Notes under the pieces: generated by a model
Told to the model about the DNA's origin: nothing
What the model saw: only the letters and a program-made list of their open reading frames with translations
The model's database searches: none
In this document: positions 9,810-18,560 of the stretch, piece after piece
How the letters are laid out: every line of letters starts with the position of its first letter
How positions within the stretch are numbered: the first letter of the stretch is position 1
Program-made: the position numbers and the translations under genes
NCBI GenBank assembly: GCA_949296785.1
Contig: CASFRQ010000178.1
Coordinates: forward strand, 1-37,961
Length of the DNA: 37,961 bases
Source of the DNA: an uncultured Alphaproteobacteria bacterium
GTDB taxonomy: Bacteria > Pseudomonadota > Alphaproteobacteria > CASFRQ01 > SAAU01
Direction: 5' to 3'

Positions 9810-10889
9810 CTACCTGATTTTCAAAGTCGCCAGCCCCAAAAACGCCAGCAAGATGGAAATAATCCAAAACCTGATGACAATCGTTGTTTCCGGCCAACCT
9901 TTCTTTTCAAAATGGTGATGTATCGGAGACATTAAAAAGACTCTTTTACCGAAAAGCCTCAAAGAAGCCACCTGTACCATGACGGAAACCGCCTCCAGAA
10001 CGAACAATCCTCCGACAACCGCCAAGACGATTTCGTTTTTTGTAATCACGCTGATAATTCCCAAAGAGCCGCCCAAAAACAAAGAACCCGTGTCTCCCAT
10101 AAAAATCTGAGCCGGCGGCGCGTTAAACCATAAAAATCCCAGACAGGCACCAATAACAGCTCCGCAAAAAACGGCAATTTCCCCGGAACCGGAAACAGCG
10201 TAAATCTGCAAGTACTTCGCCAGTTCGGCATGTCCTGCCAAGTAGGCGATAATCAAAAAAACAACCGCCACCATGATAATCGGAAATGTTACCAATCCGT
10301 CCAACCCGTCCGTCAAATTCACGGCGTTGGAAGCCCCGGCAATAACAAGTGTTCCGAACACATAGTAAAAAATACCCAAATCCAAAGTGAAATTTTTAAA
10401 GAACGGGAAAGCCAAATGCGTCGCCTTTCCGGAAGAGTCCAATCGCACAATAAAATAAAGAGCCGACAAACTGACAACCCCCTGGCAAAATAATTTTAAT
10501 CGTCCGGGCATACCTTTATAATCCTGCTGCGTCACCTTGGCATAATCGTCTAAAAAACCGGTAAGTCCAAAGCCCAAAGAACTTAAAAGTAAAATGATGA
10601 TATACGGATTTTCCAAATCTGCCCACAAAAGGAGACTGACAATCATGCATAAAAGAATAAGAACCCCTCCCATTGTCGGCGTCCCTTTTTTAGCCTCGTG
10701 ATGCAAACACGAACGGATAGGCTGCCCTTTTCCTTGCAGACGCTTCATCCAGTTGATAAATACCGGCGCGCACAGAAAAAAAAGGAGAAAAGCAGTTGCC
10801 AGAGCCCCTCCCGTCCTAAAAGTAATATACCTAAAAAGATTTAAAATCTTAAAATCTTCCGCCAAAGGATACAATAAAGAATAAAACAT
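9810..10889 (-). CDS. mraY: Phospho-N-acetylmuramoyl-pentapeptide transferase MraY
   Basis: 359 aa. Contains NAVNLTDGLDGL, FMGDTGSLFLGG and MSPIHHHFE. GAGGA SD upstream. Confidence 0.96.
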   Translation of the reverse strand: MFYSLLYPLAEDFKILNLFRYITFRTGGALATAFLLFFLCAPVFINWMKRLQGKGQPIRSCLHHEAKKGTPTMGGVLILLCMIVSLLLWADLENPYIIILLLSSLGFGLTGFLDDYAKVTQQDYKGMPGRLKLFCQGVVSLSALYFIVRLDSSGKATHLAFPFFKNFTLDLGIFYYVFGTLVIAGASNAVNLTDGLDGLVTFPIIMVAVVFLIIAYLAGHAELAKYLQIYAVSGSGEIAVFCGAVIGACLGFLWFNAPPAQIFMGDTGSLFLGGSLGIISVITKNEIVLAVVGGLFVLEAVSVMVQVASLRLFGKRVFLMSPIHHHFEKKGWPETTIVIRFWIISILLAFLGLATLKIR

Positions 10890-10909
10890 ACCGGGGTCCT
10901 CACTCGCAT

Positions 10910-13900
10910 TTAAATGGGTTCATCCTGCTGCAAACGATAAAAAATATCCTCCAAAACAGGCTGTTGAAATCCTTTTATAAAGAGCAAATCATTTTCTTCA
11001 AGTTCTTTTTTTAAAATGGATATTGTTTTTTCGTCTCTTTCTTCCCAAAAACCTTTCCGATCTTCTTCCAGTCGGTCATAAACCACCCTCAACCCGCGGC
11101 CAACGCAAAACACTTTATCAAAAATGCCCGAATCCAGCAGAGAAAGAAAAGACAAGTGTAACTCCTCGCTCTTTTTTCCCAAATCAGGGACTTCCTTTAA
11201 CAAAAGCAAGCGTCTGCCTCCAACGGTTTTCTCATAAGCGCATCCCTCCAAATATCCTCTAAGCGATGACAAAGAATACACCGACAAACCGGCTGCCACT
11301 GTTACTTTCTTGCCGCCGACAGACAAATCCTGCCGTATCTCCTTTACTTTTGGGAAGGAGTAATCGGAAAGCGCCGCCAAAGCATCCTCCATGGAAAAGT
11401 TCAACGCCTGCGCCGCCGCCAAAGCCGCCAAAGCATCTAATGCCCAAATTCTTCCGCCTCTTTTTAAAGAAAGCTCCGCCTCTTTTCCCGACAAGGAAAC
11501 ACGTGCCGAATATCCGGATTTATTGTGCTTTTCGTCATTTTCCTCCTTGTACGCGAAAGAAACGTCCGCTGCCGCAGATATCGCCGATTTTTCGGCAGAT
11601 TCCGAAAAGTCGGTGTTTTCCTGTCCCGAAGTTTCCGCATCAACGAAAACTTCCGAACGAACAGGCATTTCTGAAGATTCAAAATTTTCCGGATTTTTTC
11701 CGGCTTCCGGCGTCTCCTTGCCTGCAAGCGCCTCTGCCGGATTTTCCTTTTTCTCAGAAATGCCCTGAGGCTCTTCAAAAGAAAGCAGACGAAAATCCGC
11801 CCTAGGATGTTCACCGAAAGAAACAAAACGGTAAACCCCCATCAGAGAAATCGTTTTTACAAAATATTCATAGAAAGGGTCATCTCTGTTCAAAACGATC
11901 GTTCCGCCCGGCTTGACACCGCTGACAGCCTCGCTTAAAATTCTGGCAATAGCTTCTTCCGATTCATAAATATTCAGTTTATAGGAGCCGGTATTTAAAA
12001 TCAAAGCGACTTCTGGCTGAATAAAACAGGACAGAGACCTCATCTCCTCCGCCCCCGTCAATGGCATTTCCAACAGGGAATAATTCGTCGGCGCCTGTAT
12101 TTGCGCGACGGAACGCATCACGGAAACAAACGATAAAACCCGGTCGGCCGAAGAATAAACGCTTCCGCCCGATCTTAAAATTTGCGCCAACATACTTTTC
12201 ACACTCGTTTTTCCGGCAACTCCGGATAAAGTGACGAACGCCGACTGAGTCAATGTCCGCGCATAGGAAGCCAGCTGTTCCAACGCCGTTTCGGGATCGT
12301 TGACGATAAACAGTTTTGTGCTGTCCTTCTGGGCTGTTGGGATTTTCCGTACCACACAGGCGGCTGCGCCGTTCTGAAACGCCTGTTCCAAAAAATCATG
12401 CCCGTCTTTAAAACCACCCTTCAACGCGAAAAACAAATCACCCGTTTTGACAGTCCGACTGTCTACGGATAAGCCGTAAACCTTAAAATCCTCCCCGTAA
12501 ACGCCCCCTAAAATCTCTTTCAGTTCCCGTCCGGAATATAAAGGTTTTTTTTCCAAAGCCAACAACGCCGTCTGAGCTTCTATCCTGTCGTTAAATGGTA
12601 AAGTTTTGCCGTTGACAATCTGGCCTTCCTCATGGCCTTTGCCGGCAATAATCAGAACATCGTCTTTTTCAAGTTCCTCTATAGCCTGAGCAATCGCCTT
12701 GCGTCGGTCTCCGATTTCCCGACCCAGCTGGCAAGCCGCCAATATTTCCTGACGAATGGTTTTGGCATCTTCAAAACGCGGATTATCGTCGGTAATAATA
12801 ATTTTATCCGCCAGTCTTTGAGCGATTTTTCCCATTAAAGGCCTTTTGGTTTTATCCCGATTGCCGCCGCAGCCGAAAACAACCCACAGCTTTCTGCGCG
12901 TCAAAGGACGCATTGTTTTTAAAACATTTTCCAAAGCGTCGGGTGTATGAGCGTAATCCACATAAACCTTCGCGCCATTTTTCTTTTGCCCGACAAATTC
13001 CAGACGCCCCGGCGGGCTTTTTAGGCGACTGACGGCTTTTAAAGCCCTCTCAGGTTCCAACCCGGAACCGATAACCAACCCCAACGCACATAAAAGGTTC
13101 ATTATCTGAAAATCGCCGCTGACAGGAAAATCCACGGTATGTTCCTTACCCAAAACTTTTAAAGTCAAGCGGTAACCGACATTCAGTCTCTCTTCTTTCT
13201 CCAACAGGATATCCTCTCCGTGACGGCCATAGGATAAAACCCTCAGTCCCTTATTTAAACAAATGTTCTTAAGTTTTTCATATTCCGCGATATCGGCATT
13301 CAAAACGGCAGTTCCGTCCGGCTTAATATGTTCTTCAAAAAGCTTTGCTTTTGCCGCGAAGTAGCTTTCCATTGTTTTATGATAGTCCAGATGCTCTTCC
13401 GTCAGATTGGTAAACGCCGCCGCATCAAACATCATACCGTCCAGCCTTCCCTGGTCCAGTCCGGCGCTGGAAGCCTCCAAAGCCGCATGCGTCACTCCGG
13501 CTGAAGCCAATTCCTCCAAATCACGGTAAATCTCAACGCTTTCCGGCGTTGTTAAAGAAGTTTCTTTTTTTATTTTATCCGAAAAGACGCCGATAGTTCC
13601 GAAACTGGCCCCTTCAATGCCACTTTCTTTCCAAATCTGACGTTCAAAGTACACGGTGGAAGTTTTGCCGTTTGTTCCCGTTACCGCCGTCAAAACGGAC
13701 GGTATATCCTTATAAAACAAAGAAGCGGCCCGCGCCATCGCGGCACGAATACCGCCTTCGGCTTTAATCACCGGAACCGGCAAACCGTCAATCCATTCCG
13801 GGCTCAAAACAGCAATCGCCCCGTTTTGAACCGCCTGCCGGCTGTAAGTCTCTCCTTTATCCTTATCCGACGATAAATTGACAAACAAAAAACCCGGCTC

Positions 13901-13993
13901 AACCTGTCTTGAATCGGCGGTAATGCCTTTCACATCAACCCAGGAAATTTCCCTGTCGGCTTGCAGCCCTTTGACAAGATTTTCCAGAAGCAT
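10910..13993 (-). CDS. murE/murF: Single-ORF fusion of MurE (UDP-MurNAc-L-Ala-D-Glu--meso-DAP ligase, about aa 1-482) with a divergent MurF-like Mur ligase domain (about aa 483-1027)
   Basis: MurE half: TGTNGKTS, FTNLTEEHLDYH, AAKAKLF, VDYAHTPDAL, FGCGGNRDKTKRP, TDDNPRFE (DNPR, DAP-type) and AGKGHE. MurF-like half: VDSRTVKTGDLFFALKGGFKDGHDF and the P-loop LSGVAGKTSVK, but many MurF motifs are altered and there is an acidic insert of about 87 aa. There is no stop between the halves. AAAGGAG SD lies before ATG 13993. Confidence 0.9.
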   Translation of the reverse strand: MLLENLVKGLQADREISWVDVKGITADSRQVEPGFLFVNLSSDKDKGETYSRQAVQNGAIAVLSPEWIDGLPVPVIKAEGGIRAAMARAASLFYKDIPSVLTAVTGTNGKTSTVYFERQIWKESGIEGASFGTIGVFSDKIKKETSLTTPESVEIYRDLEELASAGVTHAALEASSAGLDQGRLDGMMFDAAAFTNLTEEHLDYHKTMESYFAAKAKLFEEHIKPDGTAVLNADIAEYEKLKNICLNKGLRVLSYGRHGEDILLEKEERLNVGYRLTLKVLGKEHTVDFPVSGDFQIMNLLCALGLVIGSGLEPERALKAVSRLKSPPGRLEFVGQKKNGAKVYVDYAHTPDALENVLKTMRPLTRRKLWVVFGCGGNRDKTKRPLMGKIAQRLADKIIITDDNPRFEDAKTIRQEILAACQLGREIGDRRKAIAQAIEELEKDDVLIIAGKGHEEGQIVNGKTLPFNDRIEAQTALLALEKKPLYSGRELKEILGGVYGEDFKVYGLSVDSRTVKTGDLFFALKGGFKDGHDFLEQAFQNGAAACVVRKIPTAQKDSTKLFIVNDPETALEQLASYARTLTQSAFVTLSGVAGKTSVKSMLAQILRSGGSVYSSADRVLSFVSVMRSVAQIQAPTNYSLLEMPLTGAEEMRSLSCFIQPEVALILNTGSYKLNIYESEEAIARILSEAVSGVKPGGTIVLNRDDPFYEYFVKTISLMGVYRFVSFGEHPRADFRLLSFEEPQGISEKKENPAEALAGKETPEAGKNPENFESSEMPVRSEVFVDAETSGQENTDFSESAEKSAISAAADVSFAYKEENDEKHNKSGYSARVSLSGKEAELSLKRGGRIWALDALAALAAAQALNFSMEDALAALSDYSFPKVKEIRQDLSVGGKKVTVAAGLSVYSLSSLRGYLEGCAYEKTVGGRRLLLLKEVPDLGKKSEELHLSFLSLLDSGIFDKVFCVGRGLRVVYDRLEEDRKGFWEERDEKTISILKKELEENDLLFIKGFQQPVLEDIFYRLQQDEPI

Positions 13994-14013
13994 TTTTTTC
14001 TCCTTTCCCGCCT

Positions 14014-15744
14014 TTATTTCCGTTTAGATAAGCTTAACTTGTAAGAAGCCTGGATATACGGCGGCTGTTCCTCTTCCGGCCTAGGTGCTACCCCCAGATA
14101 CGGCGCGATTTTCTCAATTATTTTTCCGGCGCACGGAACGACATTCCATCCTGCCGTGTTAAAACCGAAAGTCTCTTTCATCTTTTTCGGATTTTCCATC
14201 ATGACAATCAAAGCGTACCTTGGTTTGTCCATCGGAAAAGCTGCAATAAACGAAGTCCTTAAAGACCCTTTGATATACCTTCCGCGTTCATCCTGCATTT
14301 CGGCGGACCCTGTTTTGCCGCCGACAAGATACCCTTTCACATTGGCGTTTTTTCCCGACCCGATATCCACCACCGCCCGCATCATATGCCGCATAATCCG
14401 GGAAGTCTTTTCAGATAAAACCTGCATCTGCGGACGATCATCGTTTCCATGCAGCAAAAGCGTCGGCGGACGGTAATATCCTCCGTTGACTAAAGCGCTC
14501 AAAGCCGTCAAAACATGCAAAGGCGACGACGCCAACCCGTACCCATAGGAAATGGTCACCGTGTTAATATCCCTCCATACGGACGGATACTTCGGCCGCG
14601 CCTTCTCCGGCAATTCAAAAACCAAAGGCGACAAAAAACCCAATTTTCCCATAAATTCCTTTTGTTTTTCTCCACCGGCCATCAACGCTATTTTAGAAGA
14701 GCCGATATTGGAAGAATGAATCAACACCTCCGCCACCGTCAAAGGCCTGTTCTGTCCTCTGTAGTCCGAAATAGGATAATTGGCCAGCTTATACGGTTTT
14801 GTCGCGTCAATCATATCGTCCGGCTTAACCTTCCCGCTTTCCAATCCCAAAGCCACGGCAAATACCTTCATAATGGAACCGGCCTCATAAATTCCCAGCG
14901 CCGCACGGTTGAACAAGGCATTTGACAGAGTTTCCCGTCCCTGGTTCGGGTCATAATCCGGCAAAGACACCATGGACAAAACTTCCTGTGTGTTGACATC
15001 CATCACAATCGCCGCGGCGCCGGCCGTTTCAAATTTTGCGGCATATTCCATCAAAACGGAACGAACCAATTCCTGAACATTTGCATCTACGGACAATCTT
15101 AAAGGGGAAGAAGAGGTAGAGAGCTGTTCATCAAAAGTCTTCTCCACACCGGAAACGCCGACATCGTCAATATTCGTCAATCCCAAAACATGGGAAAACA
15201 AAGCGCCCTGCGGATAAATCCTCTGCGTGCGCGTTTCAAAATCCAAAAACGGAATGCCCAGACGGTTGACGGCGTTCTGTTCCTGCGGCGTCAGATTTCT
15301 TTTCAAATACTTAAAACTGGATTTTGAGGCTATTTTCCTATATGTTTCCTGATAATCCAAATCCGGCAAAACCTTCACGAGGCGACGGGTAATTTCCTTC
15401 GGATTTTCCACTTTTCTGGCATCTATGTATAAATCCACGATCGGCAGGCTGATCGCCAAAACCGTCCCGTTTCTGTCCACAATATCCGCCCTGACGGATG
15501 AAGGAGGGGGCAAACGCCGGGCTTCAGGTTGCGTCCTTTGCAAAATAGTCAGCTGGAACAAACGCCCGAACATCACCGTAAACGCCGCCAAAAAGCAAAA
15601 AATAATAAAAGCAATCCGTCCCTGCCCGATTTTTAGAGCCTGCACCGTTTTATTGTCTAAAGCCGTATAGCGGTCGCGCGCCCGAATGGGAATTTCTTCC
15701 CCGGGCGCATAAAATGTCTCTTTTGAAGAAAATAAAGAGCTCAT
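14014..15744 (-). CDS. ftsI: Division-specific class B penicillin-binding protein FtsI (PBP3-type D,D-transpeptidase)
   Basis: Contains the SxxK (AGSIMK), SxN (HSSNIG) and KTG (GGKTGSAE) motifs and an N-terminal TM anchor. I prefer ATG 15744, which forms an ATGA overlap with the ftsL stop, over the track start at 15765. Confidence 0.92.
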   Translation of the reverse strand: MSSLFSSKETFYAPGEEIPIRARDRYTALDNKTVQALKIGQGRIAFIIFCFLAAFTVMFGRLFQLTILQRTQPEARRLPPPSSVRADIVDRNGTVLAISLPIVDLYIDARKVENPKEITRRLVKVLPDLDYQETYRKIASKSSFKYLKRNLTPQEQNAVNRLGIPFLDFETRTQRIYPQGALFSHVLGLTNIDDVGVSGVEKTFDEQLSTSSSPLRLSVDANVQELVRSVLMEYAAKFETAGAAAIVMDVNTQEVLSMVSLPDYDPNQGRETLSNALFNRAALGIYEAGSIMKVFAVALGLESGKVKPDDMIDATKPYKLANYPISDYRGQNRPLTVAEVLIHSSNIGSSKIALMAGGEKQKEFMGKLGFLSPLVFELPEKARPKYPSVWRDINTVTISYGYGLASSPLHVLTALSALVNGGYYRPPTLLLHGNDDRPQMQVLSEKTSRIMRHMMRAVVDIGSGKNANVKGYLVGGKTGSAEMQDERGRYIKGSLRTSFIAAFPMDKPRYALIVMMENPKKMKETFGFNTAGWNVVPCAGKIIEKIAPYLGVAPRPEEEQPPYIQASYKLSLSKRK

Positions 15745-16091
15745 GGACGGCGCTCCTTTTTCCAACTTTCTTTTCTTTTATAGGAAACGAAAGAAATTGG
15801 CGTTTGCGTGCTTTTCGGCAATTCCTTTAAAGATAAAATCTGCCCCGTTTTCATTGGTTTAAGATGCGTTACCTGTTCATTGAGTTTTTTCAGCCTCTCC
15901 GGCGCCGTTAAATAGCTCCATTCCGCCTTTAAAACATGTATCGCCTGTTTTTGTTTTTGAATGTCGCTTTGAATTGACGCGAGTTCTTCTTCCTGCCGGA
16001 TAACTTCGTATTTCAGAACAAACATCCCCACTCCGCTCAATAAAGCAAAGCAGAAGCAGAAAATATAAAAAGTGAAGAAGCTGACTTTCAT
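15741..16091 (-). CDS. ftsL: Cell division protein FtsL-like (TM segment plus coiled coil)
   Basis: 116 aa with an N-terminal TM segment followed by a heptad-like region (EEELASIQSDIQKQKQAIHVLKAEWSYL). Positioned between rsmH and ftsI, with 4-nt overlaps at both ends. Confidence 0.8.
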   Translation of the reverse strand: MKVSFFTFYIFCFCFALLSGVGMFVLKYEVIRQEEELASIQSDIQKQKQAIHVLKAEWSYLTAPERLKKLNEQVTHLKPMKTGQILSLKELPKSTQTPISFVSYKRKESWKKERRP

Positions 16092-17140
16092 GCCGCCCTC
16101 CGTTCCACCGCCCGCAGCTTGGCCGAATGCGCCCTGCGATTTCTCTTTGTTTCCTCCAATCCCGGCAAAACAGGCTTTTTCGTCAACAAAGTATAAATTA
16201 CCTTTTCCCTGTTTTCTGTCAAAGAACCCGTGAAGGTTTCACCTGCCGCCTTCTTTGCAGCAGAAAACCCCTCTTTTCCGTTTTCAAAAAGAATTCCTAA
16301 TGCCTTTTTCGGAATGAAACCAACATCTGCCGGTTTTTTATAACGGTTGACATGAACGGCCGGCGCACTTAGAGAACGGAAAGAATTCTTAACAATCCGA
16401 TCTTCCAAAGAATGAAAAGTCACAACCACAAACCGGCCGCCGGGCGCCAAAAGAGAAGGTGCGTCTTTTAAGACGGCCTCCAAATCCTCCAGCTCGTGAT
16501 TGACATAAATACGCAACGCTTGAAAAGTCCTTGTCGCCGGATCAATCTTCTCCGTTCCGCATTTTCTGCCCAAAGCGCCGCGCACGATTTCCGCCAACTG
16601 CCCCGTACGCGTAATCGCCTCCTGCCGGCGAGCGTCCACAATCGCTTTGGCAACGCGTCTTGAAAACCTTTCTTCACCGTACAGATAAATAATATCCGCC
16701 AGCTCTTCTTCACCCATAGAATTGACGACATCCGCCGCGCTCATACCCTCTTGAGACATTCGCATATCTAAAGGGCCGTCTTTTTTAAAGGAAAACCCCC
16801 TCTCCGCCCGGTCAATCTGCATGGAGGACACACCCAAATCCAAAACAATCCCGTCCACCTGAGCGATGCCCGAAGATGCCAGAATTTCTTTCATTTGAGC
16901 AAACGAACCTTGATTTAAAGACAAACGAGAACGCATTTGCGGCTCAAAAAAAGAACCGTTTTCCAGAGCGCTTGGATCTTTATCTATGGCAAAAACCTTC
17001 CCCGAAGGAGCTTGTTTTAAAATTTCCCTTGTATAGCCGCCGGCGCCGAAAGTCCCGTCCACATAAACACCGTCTTTCTTCGTTATCAAATATGCCGCCA
17101 CCTCGTTCAAAAGGACGGGAATATGAAGATTTTCAGACAT
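16088..17140 (-). CDS. rsmH: 16S rRNA (cytosine1402-N4)-methyltransferase RsmH (MraW)
   Basis: 350 aa. Contains HIPVLLNEV, VDGTFGAGGYT, LDLGVSSMQ and TFHSLEDRIVK. Confidence 0.95.
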   Translation of the reverse strand: MSENLHIPVLLNEVAAYLITKKDGVYVDGTFGAGGYTREILKQAPSGKVFAIDKDPSALENGSFFEPQMRSRLSLNQGSFAQMKEILASSGIAQVDGIVLDLGVSSMQIDRAERGFSFKKDGPLDMRMSQEGMSAADVVNSMGEEELADIIYLYGEERFSRRVAKAIVDARRQEAITRTGQLAEIVRGALGRKCGTEKIDPATRTFQALRIYVNHELEDLEAVLKDAPSLLAPGGRFVVVTFHSLEDRIVKNSFRSLSAPAVHVNRYKKPADVGFIPKKALGILFENGKEGFSAAKKAAGETFTGSLTENREKVIYTLLTKKPVLPGLEETKRNRRAHSAKLRAVERRAA

Positions 17141-17633
17141 TCTTCCCCTCCTTATCTCCTTCCTGCTCCAAATGAGAATGCAGAAGAAGCGACGGATGTT
17201 CTTTTAAAGCTTTTTGACGAATTTTTTCCTGTTCCTGCCGATATAAAACCGGGTTCCAAATCTGAAAAGTCCGCCCCTTGCCGACAAAAGCGACTTCCGA
17301 CTCCAGTCGGGCGTGTTTTATCAGCTTTTCCGTCAACACAATCCGCCCGTTCGCGTCAAAACAAAAAGCGTGCGCATCGGCATAAATCAATTCGGCCAAG
17401 GTATTCTGTTCTTCCGAAAAAAAGGCAAACGACCTTTCCATATCCGCGGCGAATTTTTCCAAAAGATCGGAGGAACAGCATTCCACGCAGTCTTTTGAAA
17501 AAGACCTGAACGCCACAAGTTCCGTTCCGCTTTGTTCAAACAACGCGCGGTAATGAGCCGGGATACACACCCGCCCTTTTGTGTCTATCTTAGAGACAAT
17601 CGTATCAAAAAAGAGAAAGCTTTTTCTCAACAT
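17133..17633 (-). CDS. mraZ: Transcriptional regulator MraZ
   Basis: 166 aa with two SpoVT/AbrB-like halves carrying DTKGRVCIPA and DANGRIVL (the DxxxR repeat typical of MraZ). It is the first gene of the dcw cluster. Confidence 0.9.
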   Translation of the reverse strand: MLRKSFLFFDTIVSKIDTKGRVCIPAHYRALFEQSGTELVAFRSFSKDCVECCSSDLLEKFAADMERSFAFFSEEQNTLAELIYADAHAFCFDANGRIVLTEKLIKHARLESEVAFVGKGRTFQIWNPVLYRQEQEKIRQKALKEHPSLLLHSHLEQEGDKEGKNV

Positions 17634-17744
17634 AACCGCGCCTTTTAACCTTTTCCCCGGTAATTTTCCCCTTTTGTTCCAATTTAAAAAACAGGCAAAA
17701 CAATCGGTGAAAAAATATTTTTCCGGGTCTTAAAATCCTTTTTA

Positions 17745-17790
17745 TGGGATAGCATGGAAAAATATGGGCGTCAAGTTTTTCATTATGGAA
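17745..17790 (+). promoter_or_regulatory. Candidate MraZ operator: TGG[G/A]N pentamers with 5-nt spacers
   Basis: TGGGA (17745) tagca TGGAA (17755) aaata TGGGC (17765) have an exact 10-bp period. A fourth TGGAA lies at 17786. The array is 112-157 nt upstream of the mraZ ATG. The motifs read on the strand opposite to mraZ. Confidence 0.4.
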
Positions 17791-17995
17791 GGAAACCCAA
17801 AATCAGAACTTTTTTTTATCCGTTAAAAAGAATGAAAAAACAAAATATTTTTTTTCAAAAACTTCTTAAAAATAAAAAATCAAGATGAAAAATTTTCCGC
17901 CTTATATGAAAGAAAACAAAAAATTTAATATTTTGCAAAATTCAAGATTATCATACAGTCTAACCATAGATAATCCCGGAATAAAAAATTCCCTC

Positions 17996-18025
17996 TTGAA
18001 CTTTAACGGGAAAAGTTTGTATAAA
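17996..18025 (+). promoter_or_regulatory. Candidate sigma-70 type promoter for the tandem paralog genes
   Basis: TTGAAC (17996-18001), an 18-nt spacer, then TATAAA (18020-18025). AAGGAGG follows at 18034-18040, with the ATG at 18049. Confidence 0.35.
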
Positions 18026-18048
18026 TAATCAATAAGGAGGAAAACATC

Positions 18049-18540
18049 ATGAGATTTTTAGCAATCATTTTTTCTGCCGTTTTACAACTTTGCTTTCTGA
18101 CCTCTCCGGTTTTGGCCCAAGAAAACAAGGAAAAACTGGCGCAGATACAGGAATTTAAGAACGATTTGGAAAGCTGCGAAAAAAGAATGTGGGATACGTT
18201 GCGTCAAAAATACGATGGTCTGTCACAGGACAATACGCCGGACAGGCAAATCGTCATAAATAAAATAACTTGTTACGAAGCCGTCGGGAATAAAGTCATT
18301 GATACCTTTTATTCCCATACCAATGAAGAGATGAAAAAGAAGTTTGACACACTTATTCGGGCTTTTTCCGTTTTTTACGGAGATTTATATGCTTACAATG
18401 CCGCCTGCTATAATCCTGATCCAGACAATTTTCAAATTTGCGGGAATATAGCTCTGGATTTTTCTGCTTCCGCTAGTACTGAGTTTGTAAAAAATACTGT
18501 TATAGAGATGTTGAACTATACGGAAAGTTTTTATAAATAA
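18049..18540 (+). CDS. Secreted small Cys-containing protein of unknown function, tandem paralog 1
   Basis: 163 aa. Strong AAGGAGG SD. Sec-type signal peptide ending VLA|QEN. Four Cys in the mature part (C43, C75, C120, C131). Its mature region is 88 percent identical to the next ORF. Confidence 0.8.
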   Translation: MRFLAIIFSAVLQLCFLTSPVLAQENKEKLAQIQEFKNDLESCEKRMWDTLRQKYDGLSQDNTPDRQIVINKITCYEAVGNKVIDTFYSHTNEEMKKKFDTLIRAFSVFYGDLYAYNAACYNPDPDNFQICGNIALDFSASASTEFVKNTVIEMLNYTESFYK

Positions 18541-18560
18541 TCAATAAGGAGGAATTTAAT

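Noticed and set aside
11023-11826. Several overlapping ORFs on both strands (11266..11805 +, 11391..11768 +, 11464..11826 -, 11259..11447 -)
   Set aside because: They sit inside the low-complexity insert of the murE/murF ORF, where biased composition keeps many frames open. The long frame with Mur ligase motifs on both sides explains the region.
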